Origin: Marsupella aquatica
Lineage: Eukaryota > Plantae > Marchantiophyta
Assembly: GCA_973895155.1 (NCBI GenBank)
Contig: OZ316891.1
Location: 23,021,884-23,085,883, forward strand
DNA: 64,000 nucleotides
Direction of reading: 5' to 3'
In this document: positions 51,114-62,129 of the stretch, piece after piece
How positions within the stretch are numbered: position 1 is the first letter of the stretch
Layout: each line of letters opens with the position of its first letter
The notes under the pieces: generated by a model
Told to the model about the DNA's origin: nothing
The model's input: the letters and a program-made list of their open reading frames with translations, nothing else
Database searches by the model: none
Translations under genes and position numbers: made by a program

Positions 51114-54100
51114 TGTGGTGCGTCCCATGGCTCCCTAAACCCAAGAAACCCCCCAGCTCAAGCCGATTCCCGCAGGTTTCGTGCTTGGCGAGGCCGTTTC
51201 CGCGGCTTAGCGGCATGGGACGCTGCTAACCTTCTACTATTACTATTAACATTTTACACACATATACTGGACAGATCCTTCATCGGGTCATGAGATACGT
51301 AGCCGGCCTAATATAGGCCTTCCCCTGTCTTCCCCTGTCTTCCCCTCCGTCTTGTTAGGTATGTTTGGATTCCGCCGCCGGAATGATCCCCAATAGGCTT
51401 GGTTAAGCCGCTAAGACCTCTCTCAGCTCGACACATCCAACTCTCACTCCCCTGCTTACTTTCCTTCCTTCTGTTGATGTGGGCACTCTTCACACAAGTT
51501 AATGCGACACACAAATAGCAAAATGACTCATTCTGACTGAGTCATACCATGCACTTGCCATACAAACAGTACATCTCATACACAAGTTCTGCGAACTAAG
51601 CCGTGAGGCCAACTCTATTCAGCTCTTAGGCATGAGGAAACATGAATATACACAAGGGTCACTGTATGACTAACCGAGAGCTTCTCGTACTACTTGATCC
51701 CAGCCCGGCTGGTGCAAACTAAAAACTTGCTAAAGAAGAGGCCCTGAGCTCCCCGCTGCCCAGGTACTTATCCTGGTAGTGGATCCGCCATTCTTTGCAT
51801 CGTAAGCCTAATCTACCTGACAGTAATCTACTTGCCCGAATCTACCTATGTACAGCAAGGCAGGAGCACAAGTGTTGCTCCTACCAGTGGGACCGCAATC
51901 CCACTAAGCTAAGTGTCAGGGCCGTTCCTGGTTCTGATCCTAATCCTAAACGTGGAGATCCGTGCCCGCCTTGCCCACTCACGCCTCCTCCCTCCACGTC
52001 CGCCCTCCCTAAAAGGAACGGCGCCCTTGCACCGTCACGACACCGGTGGTGGATCCTCAATGGACGCCCCCAACACTTCCTCCTCAGCCACTGCCGTTGG
52101 CCCGCCTACTGACAGATTACCTGCCCTTGACCGAGTCAACTCTCCATCGGCCTGACTGGGTCCACCTTCGGCTTCAGCCTCGACACCGGCCTCGGCAATA
52201 CCCACGGCTTCGGCCTCAGCCACTCCCTCGGCTTCGGCTTCAGCCACTCCCTCGGCTTCGGCCTCCCCTTCCCCTAGGGTAGTTGGATCCTTAGCCGTGA
52301 CCCTGTCTGGGGTCGGTGCTGGGTCTACCTCCTTGATCACCACGGCCTGTGAAGTCGTATTACTCCTTGACCCTGGAGGTTTCCGCTTCTTCTTCGTTGG
52401 TGGCTCGGCAGCTGGTCCCTTCCCCTTCCCACTTACTTCCGGCACTGGTGCAGTTGACGCGGCTTGTCCTTCAGCAATTACCACCCCTGGTAACTGGTTT
52501 GTCCCAACGGGAGATGGACCTGCTGCAGCTAAGCATTTAAATACTGCGGCTTGTTTCTTCAGCCGCTCTGTTTGGTTGTCGGCCCGCCGCTGTAGGTTCT
52601 CCATCTTCCTCGTGATTTCCTCCAACTCCTCTTGGGTTTCATCCAGGTCCTTACGTGCCCCCTCCAGCTCGTTTTTGGCCTCCTCCTGCTCCCTGTGGGC
52701 TTCCTCCAATTCCTTCTTCAAGGTAGCCCTCTCCTCCTGGGTTGCTCTTAGCTCCTTGTCGAGCTCTGCAATGATGACAGACTCCATCTGGTTCATCTTG
52801 GCGTAAGTCTGTTCGAGCATCTCGTCCTTCTCCCTTAGGTCGGCCTTGAAGCTGGCCGTCAGGGACGCAAGCTCCTGCTGCAGCGCCATAATCCCTTGAT
52901 AGGATTTCCCTAACTCGACCTCCTTCTGCTCAAGGGCTCCACGGATTTTCTCGAGCTCCCCTTTCAACGCCCATTCCTTTCTTTGGGTCTCCGCCATGGC
53001 CCGGCTGTTGGCTGTTATGTGGGCCTCCTCTGTATTCTTCAGTTCTTGCTTCCACTTCTCCCTCTCTTTGATCGTGTCGGCCAACTCTTCCTGCGTCTGA
53101 GTCAGTTTATCCTTGATATTCTGATTATCAGCCTGCGCGGTGTCCAACTGCCCCTGCATGATGTTCAGCTCATGTCGTTTAATCCGCAATTCATCTTGGG
53201 CTTTCTTGGCCGCCCTTAGATCTTCAATCTCGGCTTCCATCCTCCTAAGCCGCCGAATGACCTCGTCCTTCTTGCTTCTCTCTAAAGCCACCGCTTCTTC
53301 TAATTGGTGCTTCTCCAACTGCTCCCTATGGAAAAAGGGTCCTACCTCCAACTCCTCTCCAAAGATGCCGAGCGCAAGTTCCCCACACATCTCACCATAC
53401 TCCATGGCTCTATTCTTAGCGTAGGTGGAGTAAGTAGAAGTGATCGGCATCGCCCATCGTGGCCTCTGCTCCCAAGCCGTCCTGCGGATCTCTTCAATCG
53501 TGGCTAGAGGTTTGCTTCCTTTTTCGGCTAGCCGCCTGATGTCCTCCGGCCAATCTCCTCCTGGTAAATCCTTTTCCTTAGCCAGGGCGGCCTCTTCCTC
53601 CTGCTTGATTCGCTCCTGAAATTCCTGCACCGTCTGTTTTATGCCGTCGAAGCTCGGGGGAGCAACATCTGGTGGGGGAGACTCAGGGCTACTCTGCTGG
53701 TTGGGGTCCCCTCGCACTACCCTTGGAAGTGTGGGGACAAACCGGCCACAGGTCCTTACTCCTGGAACGTGATGGTCCGACCCATAGCCGGAATTATCAT
53801 GGCTGCAGTCCTCCACTGCCTCCTCTACCTCTTGGACGTCCGGCTTCTCCCTCTCCTCTTCGTCGGTAGGAGCTTCAGGCAATTCTGCCTCAGATTCGGA
53901 GCTTGAGGTTCCCACGTACATTCGAACACCTGGCTTGGATTCCGGCCTGATTCTCTCCTTGTCTCCAGCAAAGGGGTTTTCTCTTGTGAGCCGGTGTAGG
54001 CCTACCTCTGTAGTAGTGTCCTGCATTGTTGCCGTTGCCGTTGTTGTTGCCGATGCCGATTTCTTTTCTTTCTCCAGTAGTTTCAGCAGACTCTGCATGC

Positions 54101-55773
54101 CTGGTTGCTGCATCGGCAAGTCTTCCTTCCTGGGCCTAAACACCTGCTCGATCGTAGGACTAATAGGTGGTTGAGGCTTCTCAGCCAACGGCCTCGGCGT
54201 TGGAGCTTCCTCGGGTGCCCTTACCTGCAGGGGAAGTACCGGGGCAAAAGTATGACTTCTGGCATACCGGCACAACAGCGGCATGTGATAGCCAAGCCGC
54301 GACACGCTCCCCATGCCGATTACCTGCTGCTCCTCCTTTAAGATCTTCTTCAATTGGTTGAGGAGGTACCCGTTGTAGTCCCGGCTTGGGTCTGGCCTTT
54401 CTGCCAGATAGACCTGTGCCTTGCCGATCTCTGCCCTCGGCAAGTTACAATGCATGGTCACCCGCAAGAAGTCGATCATCTCTCCTATGTGCGGGTTGGT
54501 GCAGGTGTTCCGGAAGAAGCCATTCTTCGTTGATGGCCCGGGGAACGACCGGAACTCCTTGTCAGGCAAGGTCTTCCTGGTATCAACTTTGGTCTTATTG
54601 CCCATCGGCAAGCCAAACACTTCGGCAATCACCTTGGGAGTAAGATAGAAATCCTTCCCATATATCCTCGTGCAATTGGTCTCGGGTTCCCATGACCCCA
54701 CGAATTCTAATAGGTCTGACTCCGGTACCTCCGGCTTCAGCCATGGTAATCTTACAAAGGCCTCCAAGCCGGATCCGGCCATGAAGCCTTGGTACTTCTT
54801 GGTCTGCATGGCCGTAAAGCATGCATCTTCCTCCCGTGCAAAATGTAGTTGCACCTCCACCGGTAGGGTTGCCGCCCAGCCCTTCCAGGTGTCAACCCTG
54901 GTTGGAATGGCCTTCATGGGATCGACCTCCTCCTCTTCGGCTTCTCCCTGCCTCCTGCTCTGCTGCTCGACTGGCTTCTTTGGTGCCGCCGACCTCGTTC
55001 TTTTTGCCGGGGTGGCTTCATCGTTGACGGCTCCCTTCCTCTTCATCTCTGCTGTCGTGGAGGTTTCTCCTAGCACCGTTGCCTGGGTCCACCTTTCCGT
55101 GCTACCCTTTAATTCCCAGTGTATGTCGTTGCAGTTCTTGATGGCCTCTCGGATGCCGACGACGCTGTCTTTGCAAAACAGAAGATCGTCGAGTTGATTG
55201 GAAGTAGGCATCCACAGGAACTCGTCCTTGATGAGTTCGCCTCCTAAGAAAGCCGTCTTCTGCAGCTCCCACAATCGAGCGAGCTCCTGCCGTTCTCGAG
55301 CTGCCCTTTCTGACTCCTCGTCCTCGTAAGTCTTGATGTACTCAGTTGCCTGTTCGAACAGGCATCCCCAGAAATGTGCCGCTTGATTGACGTTGCTCAT
55401 ACCCTCCTTAGGTCGATCGTCGGTATCTACTCTCTCCCCGAGTGCTTGCCTAAGCAGCTGACAGTAGTTGGCCTCCCGTAGTCGTCTGCCTAGTTCGTGC
55501 TCGCAAATGAGCCACCATCTCCTGCAAGCGCTCCTTACCCCTCTCCTCTGCCGGTCCTTCTTCCCGTTGATCCTTCCTAGCCGCCGACGCTTAACGCGCC
55601 CTAACCCTAATCGGGTTTTCACCCTCAGCCTTACCTCCGGCCTCTGCCCGGGTTCCATGGTTGCCCCTAATTGTTTATATTTTCCTTGTTTTGTCACTAT
55701 ACTAAGGTGTTCCTAGGGTGCCTTCCTGCTTTACCCACTTAACCGGCCGAGTGATTCCTATCTAGGCATCACA
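51114..55773 (-). mobile_element. Solo giant LTR (4660 bp)
   Basis: TG...CA ends. TSD GATTT at 51109-51113 and 55774-55778. Excision restores the frame EFGDFLSTCAEMYIL. Confidence 0.97.
52035..55658 (-). CDS. LTR-encoded ~1207-aa coiled-coil protein (solo LTR copy)
   Basis: Intact ORF nearly identical to 14042-17665. Confidence 0.85.
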   Translation of the reverse strand: MEPGQRPEVRLRVKTRLGLGRVKRRRLGRINGKKDRQRRGVRSACRRWWLICEHELGRRLREANYCQLLRQALGERVDTDDRPKEGMSNVNQAAHFWGCLFEQATEYIKTYEDEESERAARERQELARLWELQKTAFLGGELIKDEFLWMPTSNQLDDLLFCKDSVVGIREAIKNCNDIHWELKGSTERWTQATVLGETSTTAEMKRKGAVNDEATPAKRTRSAAPKKPVEQQSRRQGEAEEEEVDPMKAIPTRVDTWKGWAATLPVEVQLHFAREEDACFTAMQTKKYQGFMAGSGLEAFVRLPWLKPEVPESDLLEFVGSWEPETNCTRIYGKDFYLTPKVIAEVFGLPMGNKTKVDTRKTLPDKEFRSFPGPSTKNGFFRNTCTNPHIGEMIDFLRVTMHCNLPRAEIGKAQVYLAERPDPSRDYNGYLLNQLKKILKEEQQVIGMGSVSRLGYHMPLLCRYARSHTFAPVLPLQVRAPEEAPTPRPLAEKPQPPISPTIEQVFRPRKEDLPMQQPGMQSLLKLLEKEKKSASATTTATATMQDTTTEVGLHRLTRENPFAGDKERIRPESKPGVRMYVGTSSSESEAELPEAPTDEEEREKPDVQEVEEAVEDCSHDNSGYGSDHHVPGVRTCGRFVPTLPRVVRGDPNQQSSPESPPPDVAPPSFDGIKQTVQEFQERIKQEEEAALAKEKDLPGGDWPEDIRRLAEKGSKPLATIEEIRRTAWEQRPRWAMPITSTYSTYAKNRAMEYGEMCGELALGIFGEELEVGPFFHREQLEKHQLEEAVALERSKKDEVIRRLRRMEAEIEDLRAAKKAQDELRIKRHELNIMQGQLDTAQADNQNIKDKLTQTQEELADTIKEREKWKQELKNTEEAHITANSRAMAETQRKEWALKGELEKIRGALEQKEVELGKSYQGIMALQQELASLTASFKADLREKDEMLEQTYAKMNQMESVIIAELDKELRATQEERATLKKELEEAHREQEEAKNELEGARKDLDETQEELEEITRKMENLQRRADNQTERLKKQAAVFKCLAAAGPSPVGTNQLPGVVIAEGQAASTAPVPEVSGKGKGPAAEPPTKKKRKPPGSRSNTTSQAVVIKEVDPAPTPDRVTAKDPTTLGEGEAEAEGVAEAEAEGVAEAEAVGIAEAGVEAEAEGGPSQADGELTRSRAGNLSVGGPTAVAEEEVLGASIEDPPPVS

Positions 55774-58700
55774 GATTTTCTGTCAACTTGTGCAGAAATG
55801 TACATTCTTACGGAGAGGAACAAACGAGAAAAGAAGCCGGACTCTGTAGTATGTACAATGGACCGCGCGCGTCTATTCACTGTTGTCTCCTACTTGGATC
55901 CACAACTGCGCTGTACTCTTCTTGTCGCTCACTGTACACCAGAGCTCAGAAAACAATTTTACCAACCCCCGAGTGTGAATGATGACCCTGTTAAACAGTG
56001 GTGTCATACATGGCACATGTGGAGTTTGGTGGAAGGAATTGCAATTGCAATGTTACAGACATCTCTTTCGCAAGTCCAGTCGATCTTACCTGCTGATCGT
56101 CTAACGCTAGGAGGAGTGGAGACGTTTGAAGCATTGGTCTTGAACATCACCAATGATTTCAAGACATACGGTGAAACAGTGAAGGCGAAGTTTTTTAGCA
56201 CAATTTGGCAGTCCAAGTACGGAGACAAGGAAGACTATACCATTCGCAACCAGAAGCGAGCCAAGAGATATCTGTATCGCTTCTACATGGCCATGGAGAC
56301 CAGTTCTCCAGAGTATTTTTGGGCTTACCCTCCTGCATTCCAGAAATGGTCCGTTCTAGAGGGGGATGCTTCTAGCGAAGTTTACTCAATGTACCCTGCC
56401 GAAGGGGACGTTCCACCACGTGAAATTTCATTGTGGGAGATAACCCACTGTCCATGGTATCTTGACACAGATAAGTGGGACACCCCTTTCGATGAAGCTG
56501 AAAAGGATGCATTTCTGAAATTATCAAAGTCTTTAGTGCCTCGGAAAGTTCTCTCTGAAATGAAACAAGGTTTATCGGAAGATGTAGATGCCTCGACGAG
56601 CGAGCTGCAGAAACATTGCGAAACAGAAGTTTTGCATGTAGACAGGAGTCGAAAACCCAGGGCGAAAGCAAAAGTAGACACTGGAGTAACCAGCCCATCA
56701 ACGAGATCTGGGAAGAAACGTGAGATTCTTCTATTTTTCATTGGCATTCAGTATTTTCTCTTCACTAGTTTGGATATTTAGGTGACTTTTTGTTAAGCGC
56801 CACATATGTTGGTGTGCCTTTATTGCTTGATTTTTGTGCATTTTGGTTAGCGCCCGGCGCTTGTGTTATTTTCCAGTGGCATTCTGTATTTTTTTGACGA
56901 GCGCTGCAGATCAAGTTGTCTATTTGGTTAGCACCCGGGAGTGCAATTTGGTTAGCGCCCGGCGCTGGTGTTATGTGGACCGTAATCTTGGAAACTTTTG
57001 TATCTTTTTCTAGGTGGACGGAAATCGGATGGAGAAGAAACACAAGATGCAAAGACGACTGTCACTCCTGGAGTCTCTGAAGTTGATACGGGGGAACAAG
57101 ATGTCCCTGATGAACAGACTCCTCCCAACACGGAGAAGATGGTGCGACCTGCAGATGCCACCAGCACAAAGAAGAAGAAAAAGAAATCTTTGGATCATGG
57201 ATTTTCCTCTCGGGATTCGGTCGCTTCTACTGGTGTTCAACGAGATGTTGGACAGTTCAAGTCTAAGACTTCTAGGCATGTTTTTGTTGAGTCCAGTGTA
57301 ATGGACTTCTTTGAGAGTGTGTTCACGAAAGAGCAGAAACCAGCTTGGGTGTCAAATGTGGAGAAGTGGGTGAAAGACCTAGTCTTGCTTGGTCTAAGGG
57401 AGAAAGGAGTCATAAGAGGAGGAAAGATAAGATCATTTGGAGTTGATGCTGGATTCGTTTACCTCCCAACTGGACTGCGTCCATCCCTTTTAGAGAAGAA
57501 GTCTCCAAAATGGAATTCCCCAGATCACAGAATTGTTGGTTCATTCTTTCGCGCAATGGACCCCTTTCTAGCAGATGATGGTATATTGGCCATTTTGCAT
57601 ACTGGCGAGTATGATCAGATCTCGCAGGTCATTGCCGCGAGCCAGGAGTCTCAAAAGTTTCAGTGTGTGAAAACCCTGAACGTGGTTATGGGAGTTCCAA
57701 TGTACATGGCCCAAAGTGATTGCTAGGTAAATTCTCTCACTCTTCGTGCTGTCCTTTGTTAGCGCCGAGCGCTAGCTAAAAATGTTTTCATTACCCTTCA
57801 GTTAAGGGGATATTCTTTGTTAGCGCCTGGCGCTATCCAAAATTCATTGTTATGCCGTGATTTGAATGATTTTCTGGTTGGATCGTCGGCATCTTAACAA
57901 TGGACTTTGTTGGGATTTCACAGGTTTTCACATTGAGATTGGACCTGTTCAGTCGTGTTTTGTCAAAGGTTAAGGTTCCAAAGGACCCCAAGTTTTGACC
58001 CCTCTCTGCGACTGAAGATCCTTCTATCACTAACCTTATTGGTCTCCCGAGTGTGAAGAAGGATCCAACTCCTTCAGCAGCGTTTGCTGGCAATGGACGC
58101 TTGTCCGTTGGGTTCATGCAATCTGTGTTAGAGTTAATCACTCGTCCGGGTGACATTGTCATGGACTGGACTATGGGTTCGGGAAGTACATTTGTTGCTG
58201 GTGACTATTGTGGATGTTTTATTCTTGGTATAGAAAACCGAAAAGAGTTTGTTGAGATTGCGGAAAAGACATGGATGGATTTATTGATTCCAAAGGATGT
58301 CAGTTCCTCATCTCCCGCTAAAGATGTGGGAAGAAAACAAAAAGATAAAGTTCGTTCTGTCTTAAATTTCGACTCTGAAGATGAAGAGGATGGAGATGCT
58401 ATTGGAGATGATGCTTCAGGAGGACAAGGAGAGGAAAATGACGGAGACGAGAAGGAGAGGCATACGACGGAAGAAACAGAAGATTCGGATTCTTCTGAGT
58501 AATGCCCGTAAGCTACTTCACTTTACATTATCGATTCTGTTACTATCCCATTTTCATTTTCAATTCTAATATGGTTCCGTTCCTCTTCCAGATCGGAGTG
58601 GAATCTTCAAGAACGTTTTAATCTTCGGAGGAAATCCTTGAGAAAAGTTCTTGTTTCTCCTCAGAAGCCTTTCGTGTTGCCATCGTATGCAGAATATGCT

Positions 58701-59353
58701 GCCCGAAAAGAAGAGCAGAGGAGAACCCTTACTTGGGAGAGTAAGGGCTTAAGGTTAAGAAGAGGTTCAGATAGGAAATTCATCCATCAGCCTTTACTCA
58801 ACGATGGACCTAGAAGCAAATTTATAGATGACGAAGCTGAGTCTACTGATAGGTCTGGCAGTAGCGAGTCCGAGTCTTCTGACTTGGAATAGGTTGACTG
58901 GGAATTTCTAAGGTTTTCTTTGGAACCTTGTACTAGCGCCCGGCGCTATTAAACAGGGTGTTCGGATCTGAGACTTTAAATGAGTTAGACGCACTGGGAG
59001 TCTCTTTCCTGAGTGCATATTTGTGCTGATATCAGAAATGCATGTACTCATACAGTTGTACGGTGAATAATTATACCTTCAGTCTGTACGTATTTTGGTT
59101 TGTGGTGGATATGATCGTTTGGACTCTCTCAAAGTGTAGTGTTTGTTGAACTTCGGGATTGGTCAACTTCGAGTTTGTTCAACCATAAACGGATTTCTCC
59201 CTTTCATTTCTGTGACGCGCCGACTCACCTCTTTGCTTCATTTCGTTTGTGCATTGCCCAGACTCACCTCTTCCCTTTGTTTCATTTCTGGTCTGCCCGG
59301 ACTCACCTCTTCTCTTCTCCCTGAGTTTTGCATCCGTTGTTTTCATCGACTGA

Positions 59354-59767
59354 ATGGATAAGGGAAAGCAAATAGCGAAATCGGAGAGCTACAATCCGCC
59401 AAAGGCGATGGTTTGGAGGTCGATTAGAGATCCGGGTTTAGATTTGACTCCATCTTTTACACAGTGCCCGGAGACGTCGACCGAGAGGAACAGGTTGTGG
59501 CTGGCCGCGGATGAGGGTATTAGCCACAGAACTGGACACCTTCCATCGCGTGATCCTTCGCCTCCACTTCCTTTCCAAGAGAGGTTCTCTGTTCACGACC
59601 CTGATCCTTCGAATGTGTATCGGGTGGAAAGGACAGCTTTTTTCAGAGACATCCAAGCAGACACCGGACGTGTGAGCTTTTCCGATTCGAACATCCCGAA
59701 CGACCGAAGTCGGAGTCGCTATCCCGGACCTCGTTTTTTTCTGGATCGAGAGGATGGGTTTCGATAG
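59354..59767 (+). CDS. Small hypothetical protein within MULE-2
   Basis: ATG-initiated 137-aa ORF, possibly extending past a premature stop. No family recognised. Confidence 0.35.
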   Translation: MDKGKQIAKSESYNPPKAMVWRSIRDPGLDLTPSFTQCPETSTERNRLWLAADEGISHRTGHLPSRDPSPPLPFQERFSVHDPDPSNVYRVERTAFFRDIQADTGRVSFSDSNIPNDRSRSRYPGPRFFLDREDGFR

Positions 59768-60559
59768 GATGAGGATAGGTTCAAAGTTGGGTTGGACGAT
59801 GACTGCTTGTCTTCTACTTCCTAGAGAGTGTGGATTTCTTCTCGACGCTAGCGCTTGGCGCTAGCTTTCATCTCATCGTTGGAGTCGTTCATGAGTTTGA
59901 TTCATGTCATCTTTTTGAATGGGGGCTCCGGTTCGGCCGAGTTAGCTTTATTGCTTCTTCCGTTTTGTTATCGCATTAGGTTTTTTGAGTATGTTATTAG
60001 GGTTATTTATTTTTCTCGAAGGTTATGGACTTTTATTATCTTCTGGATATCAATGTAATTTCTTTTTCAAGTAGCGCGTGTCGCTAGCGCCTGGCGCTAC
60101 TATTATATGTTCTATTCTCCTCCACAATTATATAAACCCGCCTCTATACAATTGTTTCTTTCATCTCTCTTTTTTCTAGTGTCCTCCAAATATGCTGCGA
60201 ATACTATGCGTGGCTTTTTTATTGTTTAAATTGGTTGTTTCATGTTACTGGAATCGGGTCCCTGTCAGATGGAAAGCCCTGTGACAAAACGATCTTTAAG
60301 CTTGATCCGATGTATTCGGTCTTACCGAGCCAGCCAATTGTGAATGTCGGAGAACTCCAGTTCATCTTAGGAAGGGAGAATCTGCATGGTTAATAGGAAT
60401 TTTGATCATTCGACGATACGTTGAATGGACATTTTGTTAATGTTGTTTTGAACGGCAACAAACTCTTGGTTAGCGCTCGGCGCTAGTAAAACTTTTCTTT
60501 CCATAATTGCTATAGAGAACTCTGAACATATTGGAGTTCCTATTGAAATTGGCCTCCTT

Positions 60560-60678
60560 TTTTGTCCAAAATTATGTCATCTTTTGTGTATGCTAGTACC
60601 AAATCTCCTGTTTTGTTCCTCTCTTTTTCCTGTTATGATTGTTACTGTTTTTTGTTTCCTGTCACGGGGAAAAACCTC
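60560..60678 (-). repeat. Right terminal inverted repeat of MULE-2
   Basis: Reverse complement aligns to 44253-44370. Confidence 0.85.
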
Positions 60679-61055
60679 GTGTCCATGATAAGAAATTTGA
60701 TCCGTCGATACATAACGCTTGGAAATACAGCTTCTCAATCGCATTTGTTGTCATTGTATTCAGTGGTGAGCGTAGATTCGGAGGGTGATTGTGCAGATCC
60801 ATCTCTGCTCAGCGATATGTTGTGATGTGTAACATTCAGCGGGTGAATCTGCCTCGGATTGTAATGATTGGAATTTGTTGGATTGTTGTCAAGAGTGTAT
60901 GTTGTTCATCTGCGATCATCTTCCTTTCGTCAAATCGTGGGTGGATCGGGGCAAAATCGGAAGAAAAAAAATTGGTCTTCAAATTGAAAAAAATTTGGAA
61001 TTGGGATCGGTCTACACTCGTACTGTAGGTCGGAAAAAAAATCTCAGGAGTACAC

Positions 61056-61069
61056 TCGTGCTGATAACG
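61056..61069 (-). other. Copia PBS complementary to an internal (half-molecule) tRNA-Ile region
   Basis: CGTTATCAGCACGA abuts the 5' LTR, which is the characteristic Bianca PBS. Confidence 0.75.
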
Positions 61070-61215
61070 TGTTAAACATCACAATAACTCCAACTGTTTT
61101 ACTCATCCAATTCCTTCATATACATAGTTGGTTGTCTAGGTGGTTGGTTGTATAACCGTCATGGGTTAGGGGTTTAGTCCTAACCTTAGGTAGACTTGTT
61201 CTAGGGGTTGCAACA
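61070..61215 (-). repeat. Copia 5' LTR
   Basis: Matches 39029-39174 and is followed by the TSD ATAAC. Confidence 0.95.
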
Positions 61216-61305
61216 ATAACCAGTATATAAGGAGTTTACAAATGGTTTCTAGAACAACAATACAAATTAATCTGATCTCATGCCGACTATTATTTTGGAA
61301 GCGTC

Positions 61306-62064
61306 CTAAATTGGGCGTCTGTTAAATTGCTCTACTAGATATCTATCTCCATGCCTCTGAATCACAGGGTCTTCCCATAGAGTATGATTATAATCATAAT
61401 CTCTAAAAATAGATTTAACTGACCAATCAGGATAATCTCTTCCATTGGCAATGACAAGCGGCTCACAAGAGTTTGCTAGCTTGCTAAGATACAAAATTAG
61501 CAAGTTAATCAGGAAATTGTTGTCGACCGACCCAAAATATTTGGGCAGAAATAATGATCCAACAATAGGATCTAAACAAGCATGAAATGCATTGGATTCG
61601 ATAAGCATTATATTTTGCTGCAGATACGGCTTCGTATAAATTCCAACCTTCTCAAAACACTTCAAAAATATCCGCTTATTTGATGTCATCCCATCGCATA
61701 AGTAACAATGAGACTGATCCCAAATATACTTAAATGAGGCCATTTCCATTGCAGTAAAAATAGATGCTAAAATCTGATCTAAAAGGTTCTTCCCAAGAGA
61801 GGACCAGATCCCTACATCAAAATTCTCAAAACAGAATCTCAAGAATTTGTGAAGATGAGGCCTTGGAAAAATGTATATATTCCCAATCCAAATTCCAGTT
61901 GAGACCGCCATCAGTCGGGAATGCGGTGCAGTGTAACACAGTAGACGCTCCACGTCTAAAACTATGAGCCCATTTTCTCTGCTGCAATGAATCTCCTGTA
62001 GAGAAACACAAGAAGATGCATGAGCCCGTATGGATATAGTCACGCGAATGGTCGCGTCACACAT
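61306..62064 (-). CDS. FCP1/NIF (HAD-fold) phosphatase-like domain protein with a degenerate DxDx(T) motif
   Basis: LIVLDVERLL...FPRPHLHKFLRFCFENFDVGIWSS...WDQSHC...NIMLIE. Confidence 0.7.
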   Translation of the reverse strand: MCDATIRVTISIRAHASSCVSLQEIHCSRENGLIVLDVERLLCYTAPHSRLMAVSTGIWIGNIYIFPRPHLHKFLRFCFENFDVGIWSSLGKNLLDQILASIFTAMEMASFKYIWDQSHCYLCDGMTSNKRIFLKCFEKVGIYTKPYLQQNIMLIESNAFHACLDPIVGSLFLPKYFGSVDNNFLINLLILYLSKLANSCEPLVIANGRDYPDWSVKSIFRDYDYNHTLWEDPVIQRHGDRYLVEQFNRRPI

Positions 62065-62129
62065 TATAAAGACAACATCCTCTACACTCTGGCCATTGAT
62101 AAGTGACGTCTGTTGAAGTGCTTGATAAG

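Larger units (their letters stand above)
50050..58892 (+). pseudogene. ParB/Srx-like domain fused to a beta-class DNA methyltransferase fold, split by a solo LTR
   Basis: FCVFDGNHRL (ParB-like) and ITRPGDIVMDWTMGSGSTFVA...ILGIE (SAM-binding motif I). Phase-consistent exons: 50050-50615, 50724-51113 plus 55779-56719, 57014-57726, 57924-58498 and 58592-58892. Two nonsense codons (57724, ~57996). Confidence 0.85.
44671..60485. repeat. Dispersed 15-bp palindrome TAGCGCCNGGCGCTA, ~20 copies
   Basis: Copies (some imperfect) at 44671, 44842, 46556, 46628, 48914, 49154, 49269, 49330, 49435, 49497, 50686, 56848, 56953, 57760, 57821, 58934, 59849, 60072, 60085 and 60471. Confidence 0.95.
44253..60678. 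mobile_element. Complete Mutator-like DNA transposon (MULE-2), 16.4 kb, ~11.8 kb without the nested solo LTR
   Basis: 9-bp TSD GTGTCCATG at 44244-44252 and 60679-60687. Removing the element restores the copia gag frame (GSNFLSWT-LDVEAHL). Imperfect ~115-bp TIRs and a DDE/SWIM transposase. Confidence 0.95.
39029..61215 (-). mobile_element. Ty1/copia LTR retrotransposon, Bianca lineage, interrupted in gag by a MULE
   Basis: 146-bp LTRs at 39029-39174 and 61070-61215. TSD ATAAC at 39024-39028 and 61216-61220. PPT next to 39175. Bianca-type motifs FLSWTLDVEAHL and FLERIHADVCGP. Confidence 0.95.
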
